A stretch of DNA of 64,000 nt from an uncultured Methanosarcinaceae archaeon (GCA_963733675.1 CAVTET010000007.1:32001-96000); one strand, 5' to 3'. Shown: positions 23,196 through 35,026, counted from the stretch's first letter. Numbers and translations: made by a program. Notes: generated by a model not told the origin, from the letters alone.

Positions 23196-24453
23196 GATCA
23201 TGCAATCTGAAGACATAGTGACAGATCTTGATGATTTCTTTGGAGAAAACAATAATACAATAGTAAAAGATGCTCAAGCATTATCTTTAGATTACGTTCC
23301 TGAACAAATAGTTGGGCGGAGAGCCGAGATAACAGAACTTGTAAAAATCTTTAAACCAATAGAGTTTAAAGGATATCCTTCTAATGCGACAATATTTGGT
23401 AATTCTGGATATGGAAAGACTGTAGTTGCCAAGTTTGTTCTCCAAAAGCTTATGGAGCGTGTAGAGAAGAAAAAATTATTGAATCACACACTAAAATGGG
23501 TCTATATTCAGTGCAAAAAACATAAAACGGAGATAAAAGTCCTGTTTGAAACAATAACTCAATTAGATTCTAAAACAAAAGTGCCTAAAACTGGCTTGTC
23601 TCCAGGTGAATATTACGATGCTTTATGGGATCTAATCAAAGAGCAGAATATCTCTCTTATTGTAGTTCTCGATGAAATTGATAAATTGAAAAGTGGTGAT
23701 CTTTTATATAATTTAAGTCGTGCTGGTGAATCTCATCAACTTCCAGAACGTCATTTTCTAACTACGATAGGCATTTCAAACGATTTTGAATTTGGTAAGT
23801 ATCTTGACACTAGAACAAAATCATCAATGAATTTCAAAGATGTGGTTTTCTCGGCATATAATGCAGAACAGATAAAAATGATTCTTTTTGACCGTGTTAA
23901 AATTGCATTTAATCCGGGGGCAGTCTCCAACGAGACAATTGAGTTATGTGCTGCAATTTCAGCTAAGGCTCACGGAGATGCTCGCAAAGCTATCGATCTT
24001 TTAAGGGCAGCTGCTATCTATGCTGAAGAGAATGGATATGAGCAGGTACTTCCAGAACATATTGACAAGGCTTTTGAAGAACTGGATGGAGATAGAATGA
24101 TAAAATTTATTCCAAAACTTGCTTTGCATGATAAACTTGTCCTATTATCAATTGTGAAAACAACTAACTATAATAAACAAATTACAAATGTTAGACAAGT
24201 TACTGCAATGTATAATAAACTTTGTGATGAGATTCAAGAAAAAAGGAAAGGGAGAACAACTGTTTCAACTAAGATAGGAGAATTACTCACGATGAGCTAT
24301 ATTAAAGTTCTTTCTGTTAGAAAGGGACGTGGAGAAGGAGGACGAGAGGTAGAATTAAATGTTTCTTCGCGACGTGTTTTAGAAGATGTGTTGTATGAGG
24401 ATTATAACCTGGGAGACTTAAGAGATTTTAATCCAACGATGTTTTCCAATTAA
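23194..24453 (+). CDS. cdc6: Orc1/Cdc6-family replication initiator (divergent, probably MGE-borne)
   Basis: LSLDYVPEQIVGR, GNSGYGKT, VLDEID, GDARKAIDLL, C-terminal wHTH with GRGEGG wing. Confidence 0.92.
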   Translation: MIMQSEDIVTDLDDFFGENNNTIVKDAQALSLDYVPEQIVGRRAEITELVKIFKPIEFKGYPSNATIFGNSGYGKTVVAKFVLQKLMERVEKKKLLNHTLKWVYIQCKKHKTEIKVLFETITQLDSKTKVPKTGLSPGEYYDALWDLIKEQNISLIVVLDEIDKLKSGDLLYNLSRAGESHQLPERHFLTTIGISNDFEFGKYLDTRTKSSMNFKDVVFSAYNAEQIKMILFDRVKIAFNPGAVSNETIELCAAISAKAHGDARKAIDLLRAAAIYAEENGYEQVLPEHIDKAFEELDGDRMIKFIPKLALHDKLVLLSIVKTTNYNKQITNVRQVTAMYNKLCDEIQEKRKGRTTVSTKIGELLTMSYIKVLSVRKGRGEGGREVELNVSSRRVLEDVLYEDYNLGDLRDFNPTMFSN

Positions 24454-24991
24454 TTCTTTTTGTAATCCATAAACGCACATGTTTTAAAGTGAAACATCTA
24501 TATTTTTTAATCTAGTGATAGCCTGCATACGATTCATTACTTAGTTCTAATGTCTTATGTTGATTAAGGATCCAGAAGTCCAACATTTTTTTAGAATGTA
24601 TATCTTAGACTATTTAGTTAGTATAATAAATACATATAAAAAATACTAAAAATATATATTCTTTGGTGTTCATTTAATATCTTAGGACCCATAAATGCAC
24701 TATGGCATAGATCTCAAAATAAAATGTCTTAGCGTGATTATGTGTCTAAAATGAAAAAGCATCAAGTAGCTCTTCGATGTATAGTGTATCTTACCCACAA
24801 CTTATAAAACTATTTTTTATCTATCTTTGAATATACGATATCAGTGGGATGCATGGTGTCTCAAGGATCATAGATGACAGTAAGCTTTTCTGGTAAATAA
24901 TTATTTTTTCTGGTAAATAATTATTATTTCTAAAATATTATATCTAATTTTAATAGGTCCTAGCCTTTTAACTTCCATAGACTCAAAACAG

Positions 24992-25264
24992 AAATAGGGC
25001 AATATCGATTAGTACAAAGAATATCGTTATTGCCCTGGAGATTCGGCGCCCAATTACTTAAAATTATCCATGGAGTTAACATGTATCAACATGAAATTAA
25101 CAACAATAAATTATTGTTTGTGCAGTTGGTGGGATGATCGATCCGATACTTTTAAGCTCATTTTCCCTAACAGTTTAACTTGTTCTGTTAATAGACTGAG
25201 TACTGCTCAATGGTATTGTGTTACATTGATCAAAAGCACATGTTTTACATTAAAACCTATGCAT
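24992..25264 (+). repeat. ~270 bp dispersed repeat (copies 31651-31925 direct, ~47320-47510 inverted)
   Basis: AAATAGGGCAATATCGATTA...GTTACATTGATCAAAAGCA alignable; ends in a 31-bp palindromic site. Confidence 0.8.
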
Positions 25265-25274
25265 ATTGTCAACA

Positions 25275-25725
25275 TCACCCATAAATGTTAGTTTTTATTT
25301 GAAGATCTCTGTTGTTATTTATATTGTATATGTTTTTGATATTCTGTTCTACAACATTACGGCATGGTGAACAACATGGGCATTCACAGCAAGACTTGGA
25401 GGGCGTTATTGTTGCACTAGTATTGGGTGAAAATACTGGTTTGTAATTGTATGAACCTGTTGCATTCGCTAAATTGGTCACTGAACCATTATTAAAATCC
25501 GACTGTTTTATTGTGTAGGTAGCTGTTCCTGTAACACTGCTACCAGGTACAAGATCAGCGCTGGTTATATTGAATGTTCCAGTTATGTTGTCTGCAACAG
25601 TAATAGGTGCGGTGATATTCACATTTCCTGTGTTTGTTACATTATAAGTGTATTCGATAACCTGCCAGACAGCATTATAAGTTGATGGATATGCTGATTT
25701 TACTATTGTCAGAGCTGCAGCATGG
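25275..25725 (-). pseudogene. Surface-protein Ig-like repeat (DUF11/DUF7507-type) fragment
   Basis: LTIVKSA.PSTY...IEYTYNVTNTGNVNIT...ATYTIKQSDFNNGSVTNLANATG with no proper 5' end. Confidence 0.7.
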
Positions 25726-25939
25726 ATGATTTTCTGTAAAATCGTAAATCTCTATATTTGGAGTATTTTTTTTCTTCTCGTTTATTATGTTTTGATTTTA
25801 AATATGGCTTCTGCTATCCTTAAAATATTTCATTTATTTTTAATATCATCACTAACTAGCATTGATATTAATAAAATCTATGCATTTTCCGTTAAATAAG
25901 TGTAAAAAATGCTCTAGAATGTTGACTGAAACTGGAAAA

Positions 25940-25970
25940 ACGCACAGGTTTTGATACAAAAACTGTGCAT
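25940..25970. other. 31-bp palindromic recombination-like site
   Basis: ACGCACAGGTTT-TGATACA-AAAACTGTGCAT. Confidence 0.6.
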
Positions 25971-26076
25971 CAGTTAAAATTAAAAAGAATACGATAAACC
26001 CCTAAATATTATGACAATATTTAAAACTATTACGAAGCAGTTAATATATAAATAGAAATAAGTAGACAGTGTTGAT

Positions 26077-26619
26077 ATGGCTGAACGGCAAGTAGAAAGT
26101 GTGGTTATCGAAATCCCAAAAGGAAGTCGGAACAAATACGAGTATGATAAAAAACAGAAAGTCATTAAATTTAACAGAATGCTTTATTCTTCAATGGTAT
26201 ATCCCTGTGATTATGGGTTTTTTCCCGATACTATAGCACTTGATGGTGATCCCTTAGATGCCCTTGTTTTAACATGGGAACCTACATTTCCAGGATGTGT
26301 AATAGATGTATACCCTATCGCATTGTTTGATATGGAAGATGATAAGGGAATAGATGAAAAGATACTCTGTGTTCCAAAGAGTGATCCATTGTGGAATTAT
26401 ATAGAAACAATTGAACAGGTTCCTCCTCACCTATTAAAGGAAATCACTCACTTTTTTGAAACTTATAAGAATTTAGAGAACAAACACGTGATAATTATTG
26501 GTTGGGAAGGTCTCAAAACAGCAGCCAATATACTCCAAGAAGCTAAATCTCGATATATTGAACAAAATGAAATTGCGGATGGTCACCTTACCCTTAACAA
26601 GCTGTCTGACAATTACTAG
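26077..26619 (+). CDS. ppa: Family I inorganic pyrophosphatase
   Basis: EIPKGSRNKYE, YGFFP, DGDPLDAL, DEKIL, FFETYK. Confidence 0.95.
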   Translation: MAERQVESVVIEIPKGSRNKYEYDKKQKVIKFNRMLYSSMVYPCDYGFFPDTIALDGDPLDALVLTWEPTFPGCVIDVYPIALFDMEDDKGIDEKILCVPKSDPLWNYIETIEQVPPHLLKEITHFFETYKNLENKHVIIIGWEGLKTAANILQEAKSRYIEQNEIADGHLTLNKLSDNY

Positions 26620-26817
26620 CAATAATAAATATTAATCATCTATCAATTAGCTCGTTTTTATTAGTAAATCCATATTTCCATAAAGCATCAATGAAATGCG
26701 GAACAAAAAAACCGAAAAATGACTATACTTTTATTTTTGAAACAAAACCAACTAAATAATAGAGGACTATCCATGCTTGCATAAATTATTTATTTAATAT
26801 TGGTAAACTTCTCCCTG

Positions 26818-26880
26818 AAAGATGATGAAGTCCACCTAGATCTTTAAATCTAAACCGCTTATGCTAATGACTTCTACACA
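26818..26880 (+). ncRNA. Fluoride riboswitch (crcB motif)
   Basis: GATGAAGTCCACC...AAACCGC...GCTAATGACTTCTAC; GAAGTC/GACTTC pseudoknot; directly upstream of crcB. Confidence 0.85.
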
Positions 26881-26898
26881 ATCATCGAGGCTTTTGAC

Positions 26899-27297
26899 TT
26901 GTACATACTTCTATTAGTAGGCATAGGCGGTTTCATAGGCTCTATCTTGAGATATACTTTAAGTGGATGGGTACAGAGTAATCTTGTTAATTTCCCGGTT
27001 GGTACTTTGGCTGTAAATGTTAGTGGCAGCTTCCTTTTGGGGTTAATAATGTACCTTTCTGAGTATCAAGAACTCTTTGGCGAAGAAACCAGGATATTTC
27101 TGACAATTGGATTAATCGGTGGCTATACAACATTATCAACATTTAGTTATGAGTCATTCAGATTATTAGACGATTCAAAACTAACACTAATGGCAATAAA
27201 TTTGATGGCCACAGTATTATTTTCCATGTTTGCAGTGTATTTAGGGAAAATTGTGGCTTTGAACTTTTACACGTATCTGCTAAGGGGAATTAGATGA
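26899..27297 (+). CDS. crcB: Fluoride channel CrcB/FluC
   Basis: GGFIGSILRY, PVGTLAVN, GGYTTLSTFSYE. Confidence 0.95.
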   Translation: MYILLLVGIGGFIGSILRYTLSGWVQSNLVNFPVGTLAVNVSGSFLLGLIMYLSEYQELFGEETRIFLTIGLIGGYTTLSTFSYESFRLLDDSKLTLMAINLMATVLFSMFAVYLGKIVALNFYTYLLRGIR

Positions 27298-27680
27298 AAA
27301 AAGAATCTCAGGCTATATTATTGAGAATATTCATTGGAGAGTCTGATAGGTATAACGGCAAATCGATGTATATACATATACTTGAGATGCTCAAAAATGA
27401 AGGAATCGCAGGGGCAACTGTCTTTAGAGGCATTGCTGGTTTTGGAAAACACAGCCGTTTTCATACAACATTTATATTGCAGTTATCCACTGACCTGCCA
27501 ATACTTATCGAAATAGCTGATCTCGAAGAAAAAATTGATAAGATCAAACCAAAATTGGACGAAATAATTACCCAAGGGTTGATCACAGAAAAAAAATTAA
27601 AATTGTATTTTATGACTACAACAAAGAGAAATGAAATCTTCGTTACAATATCCTTACGCAGTGAACTGGGAAATCAATAA
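27294..27680 (+). CDS. DUF190 protein (crcB-associated, PII-like); C-terminus possibly frameshifted
   Basis: LLRIFIGESD, GATVFRGIAGFG, LSTDLPILIEI. Confidence 0.85.
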   Translation: MKKESQAILLRIFIGESDRYNGKSMYIHILEMLKNEGIAGATVFRGIAGFGKHSRFHTTFILQLSTDLPILIEIADLEEKIDKIKPKLDEIITQGLITEKKLKLYFMTTTKRNEIFVTISLRSELGNQ

Positions 27681-28044
27681 CATCAAACCTTCAATTGTCT
27701 AAGAAATGATTTTAACCACACTATCTAAAGTACTTGATTTTATACTTCACGTGCTTAAATTATAATGAAATTGGCGATTAGACCCGAAGGAACCTTTGCT
27801 GATGTCAGTGTATTAAAATGTATACAGTATATCTAAAGTTCTGTAAATTCCGATAGATATTATCCCCTTTCTTTACAACAAAAAGAAGATTTATCGTTTT
27901 TATTGATGTGGAAGTTTTCATACAAAACCTATCATCTCGGGATTAAGGGAATTCAAACCTTTGGACCAAAGCTATACTGCTGTTCAATAATTTTATCATG
28001 AAATCAAAGCACTTATAGCACTCATGACAGGCTATGAATTTTCA

Positions 28045-28230
28045 CTGTCCCTTCGTTGCTCTGTCTCCTGCCTTATCCGCTTCTTTCTGACAAACATAAG
28101 CTCCGCTCTTGGTGTTCCCGTACCAATGTTGACCTTTGTAATGATAGATGCCTGTCGGAAGATTAAGCCACACAACAGTATCTGTTGGACAATGCCGTTT
28201 TTGTCTGCTTGAATGTTGGGTTTTTCATTT
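28045..28230 (-). pseudogene. Internally deleted copy of the 57074-57385 secreted protein
   Basis: Reverse strand reads HCPTDTVVWLNLPTGIYHYKGQHWYGNTKSGAYVCQKEADKAGDRAT; signal peptide missing. Confidence 0.75.
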
Positions 28231-28533
28231 ATTTAGACTCCAAAATTTTCTTATACATACAGTTAGAAATATATTTGATAATTAAAAAATTTTGGCGTAA
28301 TAAATAGTTTTAATTTGTTAGGCTGTAGTTGTAATATTTTTAACTTAGTAAGTTAAAGAGTGCTTTACTTTTAACCCTACTGCATAGTCAACTTCATGTA
28401 AAATTCACTACCCATTACCTTCATTCGCTAGAATGACCTGTTTTATTACAATAATGTATATTAGGTCTCAATAAATACAACAATTGGAAACAAATGGAAA
28501 TGTTTTTTAATTATGTTTCCAAATTACCATAAT

Positions 28534-28986
28534 ATGCCGGAAACAAAGAGAAAAATTTGCGTATGGGTTTCTACTGATATGTATAACAGTGTAGTAAAAG
28601 CAGGTTATGATAGTCCTACAGTTGCCGTAATAAAAGGTTTTGAATTATTACTAGGAGAAGCGGAATGCCGGCAAAATGCCGGCAATTTGGAACAAGCTGC
28701 CGCACAAATTACGGCGGATAATCATAATTTAAAAAATGAAGTTCAGAGACTTACTTTAGCGCTTCAAGACACACCAGATCCTAGTGAACTTGCACAACTA
28801 AAAGCTAGGTATGAAGAGTTAAAAAAGCATAACGAAACTTTAAAAGCAGAGCTTGAGAGTACACGCCAGAGAGAGCAAGATCTTAAAAAGACGTTTGATA
28901 ATTATATGGTTCAAGTTCAAACCCTAATCAATCAAAAAGCAGTTGAAGCACCGGGATCTAAGAAACCATGGTGGCGTTTTTGGTAA
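28534..28986 (+). CDS. RHH-like / coiled-coil protein ending KKPWWRFW (paralog 2)
   Basis: KICVWVS...GYDSPTVAVIKGFELL, coiled coil, QTLINQKAVEAPGSKKPWWRFW. Confidence 0.8.
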   Translation: MPETKRKICVWVSTDMYNSVVKAGYDSPTVAVIKGFELLLGEAECRQNAGNLEQAAAQITADNHNLKNEVQRLTLALQDTPDPSELAQLKARYEELKKHNETLKAELESTRQREQDLKKTFDNYMVQVQTLINQKAVEAPGSKKPWWRFW

Positions 28987-29070
28987 GTTCAACTACAATA
29001 ATACAAACTGATAAAAATTGATAATAACTTAGTTTATATTAAAAATAAATTAAGTTAGAGTGAAAAATAT

Positions 29071-29428
29071 TAAATAGTTTGATACTTTTGATTTTCGTTA
29101 CCCAAATTAAACTTTTCTAGAATTTGTGCCCTAATGCCATCTGCATAATTGATTGCTATATCAACAATCACATTCTGATTCTCTGAAACCAGATTTGTTT
29201 TCTTAGTTCCAAAAGAACTTTTGCAGCCTCAGCATTACATTTTTGAATGTATTTATAGAACTGATAATACTTTCCTGATATCTCTGTCTTCCCCTTGTTC
29301 ATCCAGTCATTGAATGTCTTATAGATTATGCCGGCTGATTCAGCAGCAAGAGCATATGTCAATCCAAGAGACACACCATCGCCAATTCATTTGGTTACAT
29401 CAGACGTCATTTTGGTTGGTCTAGACAT
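29071..29428 (-). pseudogene. TerS-like gene, frameshifted and deleted
   Basis: MSRPTKMT...LGLTYALAAESAGIIYKTFNDW homologous to 15011-15433. Confidence 0.75.
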
Positions 29429-30529
29429 GGTCGCACCGTTTTTTATTTATTGTAATTAATATTAGTGAATTTTGTATTTAATATTTAGTTAGTTTTGTTC
29501 TGAATGAAGGCGGGATTGCTACCAGCTAAATCAAAATAGAGCCACTCTCAGACGCTGTGAGCCAGTTTATTGACTAAGGCAATGGGTAAAAACATTAGAC
29601 TCTTCACAAAAGCCTTACTAGTAGCCCCAGAATAAGTCATTTTCCGACCAAATTAATTCCTCATGATTTAACTATCATTGCACGGTAAGTACCTTCACGA
29701 TATTTTTCCATATAGTTTTATAACATTATAATAATAAAAATTATGTTAACTAAGATATTTGCTTAGATTTTTAGCTAGAATTTCACTTCTATTCTATACT
29801 ATTTAGTTATAACTAATACTATTTAATATATATGCAAAAACTATATATTGGGTCAAATATAACTGTAAGTATAGGATTCTCTCAAACCTTCAATTAAAAC
29901 CTACTCATGGACTGCAGGTAGCAACACCCTGCAGTTCACAAGATCAACTTTTTTGACATTTTAGATTAGCCTGATCGCCTAAAGGGATTAAGTAAAAGAA
30001 CTTTCATTTCGGAATTTGAGCACATAATTGATCAATGTTAGCTCTTTGTGTTATATACTCTGCAAAAGTTTGCTGCTGATATTTGTGCAAAGATATTAAG
30101 TAGCACAAAAATCAGGATTACATAACTTATTAAAATTAGTTTAAGTTAGTACTATTTAGACTATATGCAAAAGAGATATAACAAATCAAACAGAATTGTA
30201 AAGTATAGGTTTCCCCACCTTCTAATAGATTTTCCATTGGGCTGTAGGTATTCCCCCGCAGCTCATAATATCCACCTTTTTGATATTTTAGGTTAACCTG
30301 ATCACCTGAGCTAATAAAAATTTCTGTTTAAGATCAATATTTTTGCTCATGTTCGCCCTATTTAACTATATTAATTTCTAGTTGAAGTAAAGGGCCATTT
30401 TTTCTTGTAAAATTTAAAGAAGAACAAGGTTCTGTCCGACTTATTACCTTACAATAAACGGATTATCATTTGTTGAATGATTTAAGCCTTTTTAAGCACA
30501 ATGGGTAACCACCAGAGATAAATTAAAAC

Positions 30530-31092
30530 AGAATGTGGAGACTGAGATTGAGTCATTTATTGATTATCGTGAAGACTCCCGGCTGTTGTAATTCTCGAGA
30601 TAATGACTGCATAATGTTCTGACTCTTTAGTTTTAGTCGTGAAATAAGAATAGATGTGAAAATATCCAACTGTCCAAACATCACAAGTTTATTAAGTGAA
30701 TACTGGAATAAAAATGACAACTGCTCTTCCTCAATAATTAGATATTGTATTTATTATGTAAGAGTATGAAGATCAAAATGTCAATGAAGTATTATGCTAG
30801 TATGTGAAAAAAGGGTTATCAAAAGAAAAAAGTAATTAATACTATATTTAAATAGCCTTTGTAGAAGAGTCTGTTTTTATACAGTCTGCTTTTAAGATAG
30901 ATTCAGATGCCGCCGGTTTAGCCATATTTTCTGCATTGTTAGCGTTATTAACTATAGGTAATACTTTTGAATCTGATTTTGTCATACTATATATCTTCAT
31001 ACAGTTTATTATATTTAATGCAGACTTATATTTAGTAATTACCTGTACAATATAGATCAATTGTAACCTATAAGTATTAATGTATTTTTTAA
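30530..31092 (-). repeat. ~560 bp inverted duplicate of 13805-14365
   Basis: Alignable throughout; includes the 45-aa peptide ORF. Confidence 0.85.
30848..30985 (-). CDS. 45-aa peptide (copy 2)
   Basis: MTKSDSKVLPIVNNANNAENMAKPAASESILKADCIKTDSSTKAI. Confidence 0.45.
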   Translation of the reverse strand: MTKSDSKVLPIVNNANNAENMAKPAASESILKADCIKTDSSTKAI

Positions 31093-31312
31093 TTTCTTTA
31101 TGAAGTCTAACTACTATATTTAAAAATAAAATACCTATATCTAGCAGTTTTATTTTGACAAAACTTAATTAATCAAAACAATTTAAGTACAAAACAAAAA
31201 GCTATCTCTCTAAGATGATTTATGTACATATACATATGTATATAGAAATTGCTTCAATAAGATATAGATAGATACTCTCACTCTTATAACAAAACTTACA
31301 AGCCCACAAAAG

Positions 31313-31461
31313 GGTTCTGTTGCAAAAATAATTTTACTGCTTTTGTAGGCTATAACTATTGCTTTTTGTATCATTATTGACCTGTTTATGGCGTGTAAAT
31401 ATCCTATTTGTGATGTTTTTTACTGGTTTTGTAAAATAGCCAGATTTTTTGCAACAGAACC
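31313..31461 (-). mobile_element. 149-bp IS6-type MITE (copy 1)
   Basis: GGTTCTGTTGCAAAAA TIRs; near-identical to 33438-33586 and 41036-41184. Confidence 0.9.
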
Positions 31462-32321
31462 GAAAAAAGCATACATATTTAATTTTAAACAAACATGTTT
31501 ATTTCCAGTCTAACTTGCTTTTTTGTCTCAAGAGGTAGTAATTAATTTTGACGAAAGAGGTCAATGAGTACTTTTTTGAAGCTCAATATAAGTAATTTAA
31601 GCTTTGAATCCCAGAAAAGGGGGTTCAAAATATTCTATTATTTTTAAAAAAATAGGGCAATATCGATTACCTTAAGAAATGTTATTATTGCCCTGGAAAT
31701 TAGGTGACCAACCATTTTAAATTATACATGGAGACTACATTTATCAACATGAAATAAACAACAATAAAAGATTGCTTGTGCAGTTAGTGAGATGATTAAT
31801 CCGATATTTTAAAGCTGATTTTTCCCTAACTGTTTAACTCGTTCTGTTAATAGACGGAATACTGCTTAATGGTATTGTGTTACATTGATCAAAAGCATAG
31901 GTTTTAATGTAACAAAACTGTGCATTAAAAAGAGTCAAGAAAAGGTTGTTACATTCTTTGATTATGGCTAGATATTATGTGAGATAATCCTTGTCAGAAA
32001 GATCATGTATTTTATGATTCTTGATACCAATTTTGATATATCATTTCCAACGTGCTGGATATTTTAATTTTCATACATAAGTACACTTGATTTATATATA
32101 AATATGCCTAAAAAACACATATTTTTGTTCAAAATATTGTGTAAGAAAATATCAACAGCTGATGAGCAAGACCAAAAACCAAAACTTTGAAACTGGAATA
32201 TCTAATCTTGATTTATTTGTAAAAAGTTAATCGGAATGAAGACTTAACAAAGGAAGTTTGATATAAAGTCCCAAGTTTCCGATTTATATCGTTATATATC
32301 TATATATTTCAAATTCCTGGT

Positions 32322-33194
32322 TCATCGAGATGTGGAGTAAGATACATCAAGATATGGAGTAAGAGACGAAAGAGTTTCTACTCTTCGCAGAAGAGCAGCG
32401 GCTCCCCTGCGAAGATACTCGGATTGAACCTCGTGTTTAAAATAAACTGCTTTCTCATTAATTTCGTTTTGTCTGGATTCATCCATATGTGGAATAATAA
32501 TTGAGAGGGCCTGTAACGCCATATTTTTGTCTTTAAGATTGAAAGCTAACTCAATAGCTTGTTCCATAATTTCTTCTTTTCTTTGCTCATCCATAAATGG
32601 GAGAAGAAGAGAAAAAGACTCTATCCTTTGATACTCTGATATAATCCCAGATACCAGCTCAAGAGCTTTTTCGACAATAGATTCATTTTTTGATCCGTAA
32701 AGATACGGAACAAGCGAAGAAATGATCTGGAACTTTGCATCCCCGTATTGAATGTGGGAAGAGAAATCTAAAATATGTTCAATAAGTTCTTCTTTATCAT
32801 GCCCTCTAATATGACGGACAAGTGAAGAAAGAACAAGGGCTCTTTCGTTTTCATCTTGAATATTGGAGCAAGAATAAATGACATTTTCTATAAATCCTAC
32901 TTTTTTTTGCCCCTCTAGTATCGGAACAAGTAGGGAAAGAGCCTGGGCCCTTAAATCTCCATATTGAATATTGCAAGCAAAGTCAAGGGCTTTTTCTATA
33001 AACTCTTCTTTTACTGATCCCTTCAGTTGAGAGACGGTTATAGCTCTCTGATCAAGTTTATTATGCGTATACTGCCCCTGTGGCTTTTCGGCACAGGTTT
33101 CTCTGAAATCCTCAAACAACTTATTGAATTCTTCAATCACTTTATCTCTATCACTTGAATTTTGTTTTATATCAATAGAACGATTTTCAACCAT
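32322..33194 (-). CDS. HEAT/alpha-helical repeat protein, possibly truncated
   Basis: Recurrent ~37-aa units (EEFIEKALDFACNIQYGDLRAQALSLLVP). Confidence 0.7.
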   Translation of the reverse strand: MVENRSIDIKQNSSDRDKVIEEFNKLFEDFRETCAEKPQGQYTHNKLDQRAITVSQLKGSVKEEFIEKALDFACNIQYGDLRAQALSLLVPILEGQKKVGFIENVIYSCSNIQDENERALVLSSLVRHIRGHDKEELIEHILDFSSHIQYGDAKFQIISSLVPYLYGSKNESIVEKALELVSGIISEYQRIESFSLLLPFMDEQRKEEIMEQAIELAFNLKDKNMALQALSIIIPHMDESRQNEINEKAVYFKHEVQSEYLRRGAAALLRRVETLSSLTPYLDVSYSTSR

Positions 33195-33437
33195 TAATTT
33201 TCACTTCTATATTAAATAAATCATTTCTTTTGTTTTTTCATAAATTTGGATTTTTAAACCCAAATTTTTGTACCAATATTAAAAAATATAAATTTTGGCC
33301 TAAAATGTATCTGATTTTATTTTGACATATACAAGCTATTGTAAAACAATATATTATATCAATGTATTTGAACTGAAAATAAATTATAATTATAAATGAT
33401 GATAGATATTAATTTAGTTTCATACTATTGTATCAAA

Positions 33438-33586
33438 GGTTCTGTTGCAAAAAATCTGGCTATTTTACAAAACCAGTAAAAAACATCACAAATAGGATAT
33501 TTACACGCCATAAACAGGTCAATAATGATACAAAAAGCAATAGTTATAGCCTACAAAGGCAGTAAAATTATTTTTGCAACAGAACC
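33438..33586 (+). mobile_element. 149-bp IS6-type MITE (copy 2)
   Basis: TIRs GGTTCTGTTGCAAAAA / TTTTTGCAACAGAACC. Confidence 0.9.
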
Positions 33587-33954
33587 CTCTGCGATTTATG
33601 TGACTCACATGAAAAAAATAAAGCACTATTCTACTTGTTAATTCAAAATATTACAACAACAGCCTAACAAATTGAAAGTATTTATCACGCTAAAATATTT
33701 TAATTATCAAATATATTTTTAAGTATGTATAAGATAATTTAGATAATTGGTTTCTTAGTTCTATTACTTGGAACAGGACTGCCAACGACTGTAAGCGCAG
33801 ATCATTGGTATAGTCATTGGAGGAGTCGTCATCATCATTGGAATGGAGACCGTGTTTACCATTTATACGCGTCACACTTGGCATGATTGGAACGGGCATA
33901 GACATTGGAGATGGCATAGACATTGCTGATGGGAATGATATTTAAAAATAATAT

Positions 33955-34500
33955 TTGGTGATATTTTTGGTAAATCGAAAACTTAAAATTTTTGGAATAA
34001 CTACCCTAGCTCTTTTGATACTAGTGGGCGTCGTATCTGCATCAACGGAATCCCACGCCCTTGTCACAAAAGGAATTAGTCTAGCTAACTCCAAACAATA
34101 TGATGATGCTCTATCAAATTTCAATAGAGCAATTAACTTAGATCCGCAAGATGCCGAAGCATGGTATTTTAAAGGACTGGCTTTAACTCAAGAATTTAAA
34201 ATAAAAGAAGCAAACGCAGCATTTGACCAGGCACTTTTATTAAATCCGAATTATTCAAGTTACTACATCTCGAAAAGCTTGGGTTTGTATATGCAAGGTA
34301 AATATACCGACGCAGAAAATTATGTAGATAAAAGCTTGGTGCTTAATCCAAACGATTCCGTTGGTTGGGGTGTAAAAGGAATCATTGCCGAAGCTAAAGG
34401 CGATAAGGCGGTAGCAATCTTTGCTTACAATAAAGCAATAAAACTTGACCCTAACAACACACCAGCATTGGAAAGCTTACATCGATTAGGGAATTCATGA
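33955..34500 (+). CDS. Secreted TPR-repeat protein
   Basis: Signal peptide then TPRs (AINLDPQDAEAWYFKG, AIKLDPNN). Confidence 0.85.
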   Translation: MVIFLVNRKLKIFGITTLALLILVGVVSASTESHALVTKGISLANSKQYDDALSNFNRAINLDPQDAEAWYFKGLALTQEFKIKEANAAFDQALLLNPNYSSYYISKSLGLYMQGKYTDAENYVDKSLVLNPNDSVGWGVKGIIAEAKGDKAVAIFAYNKAIKLDPNNTPALESLHRLGNS

Positions 34501-35026
34501 TTAAATGATTGAACGCTTGTATATTTTTGGTCCAAATGTTTGAATTACCTTAACCCTAAGATGGTTAGGTTTCGTATGAAAACATCCACATCATTAAAAA
34601 CAATAAATTCTATTTTTTGTAGTGACAGAAAAAGGACATAGAGTCAATTAGATTTTGCAGAACTTTAGGTACAATGCTGCAGAAAATATTTTTTGAATAC
34701 AGTAATTCCATTCTAGTTAGTTAATACAGAACTAAATTTTCACGATAAAGGAAAATTATTATTTAATTATTATTAAAATTAATAGAAAGTCAATAGTTCT
34801 AATGACAAATATTCTGTTTCTTATTTTTACACTGACCCTCTGTACCACGGTCGCGTCCCCAATATCCATTGTCATCATATTTATCGTCTATATAACACGT
34901 GGCAAAATATCTATCTTCATCCACTATTTCATCAATGTTTGGTATAGTGAAACTTAGATAACATTTATCAGGACTGTCTGAATCATAAGAGCCATATAAA
35001 GAAACAAGGTCTCGTATAGGAATTAA

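Noticed and set aside
33690-33923. MSMPSP-repeat ORF
   Set aside because: An 18-bp duplication with no RBS or recognisable family; probably a gene remnant or spurious.
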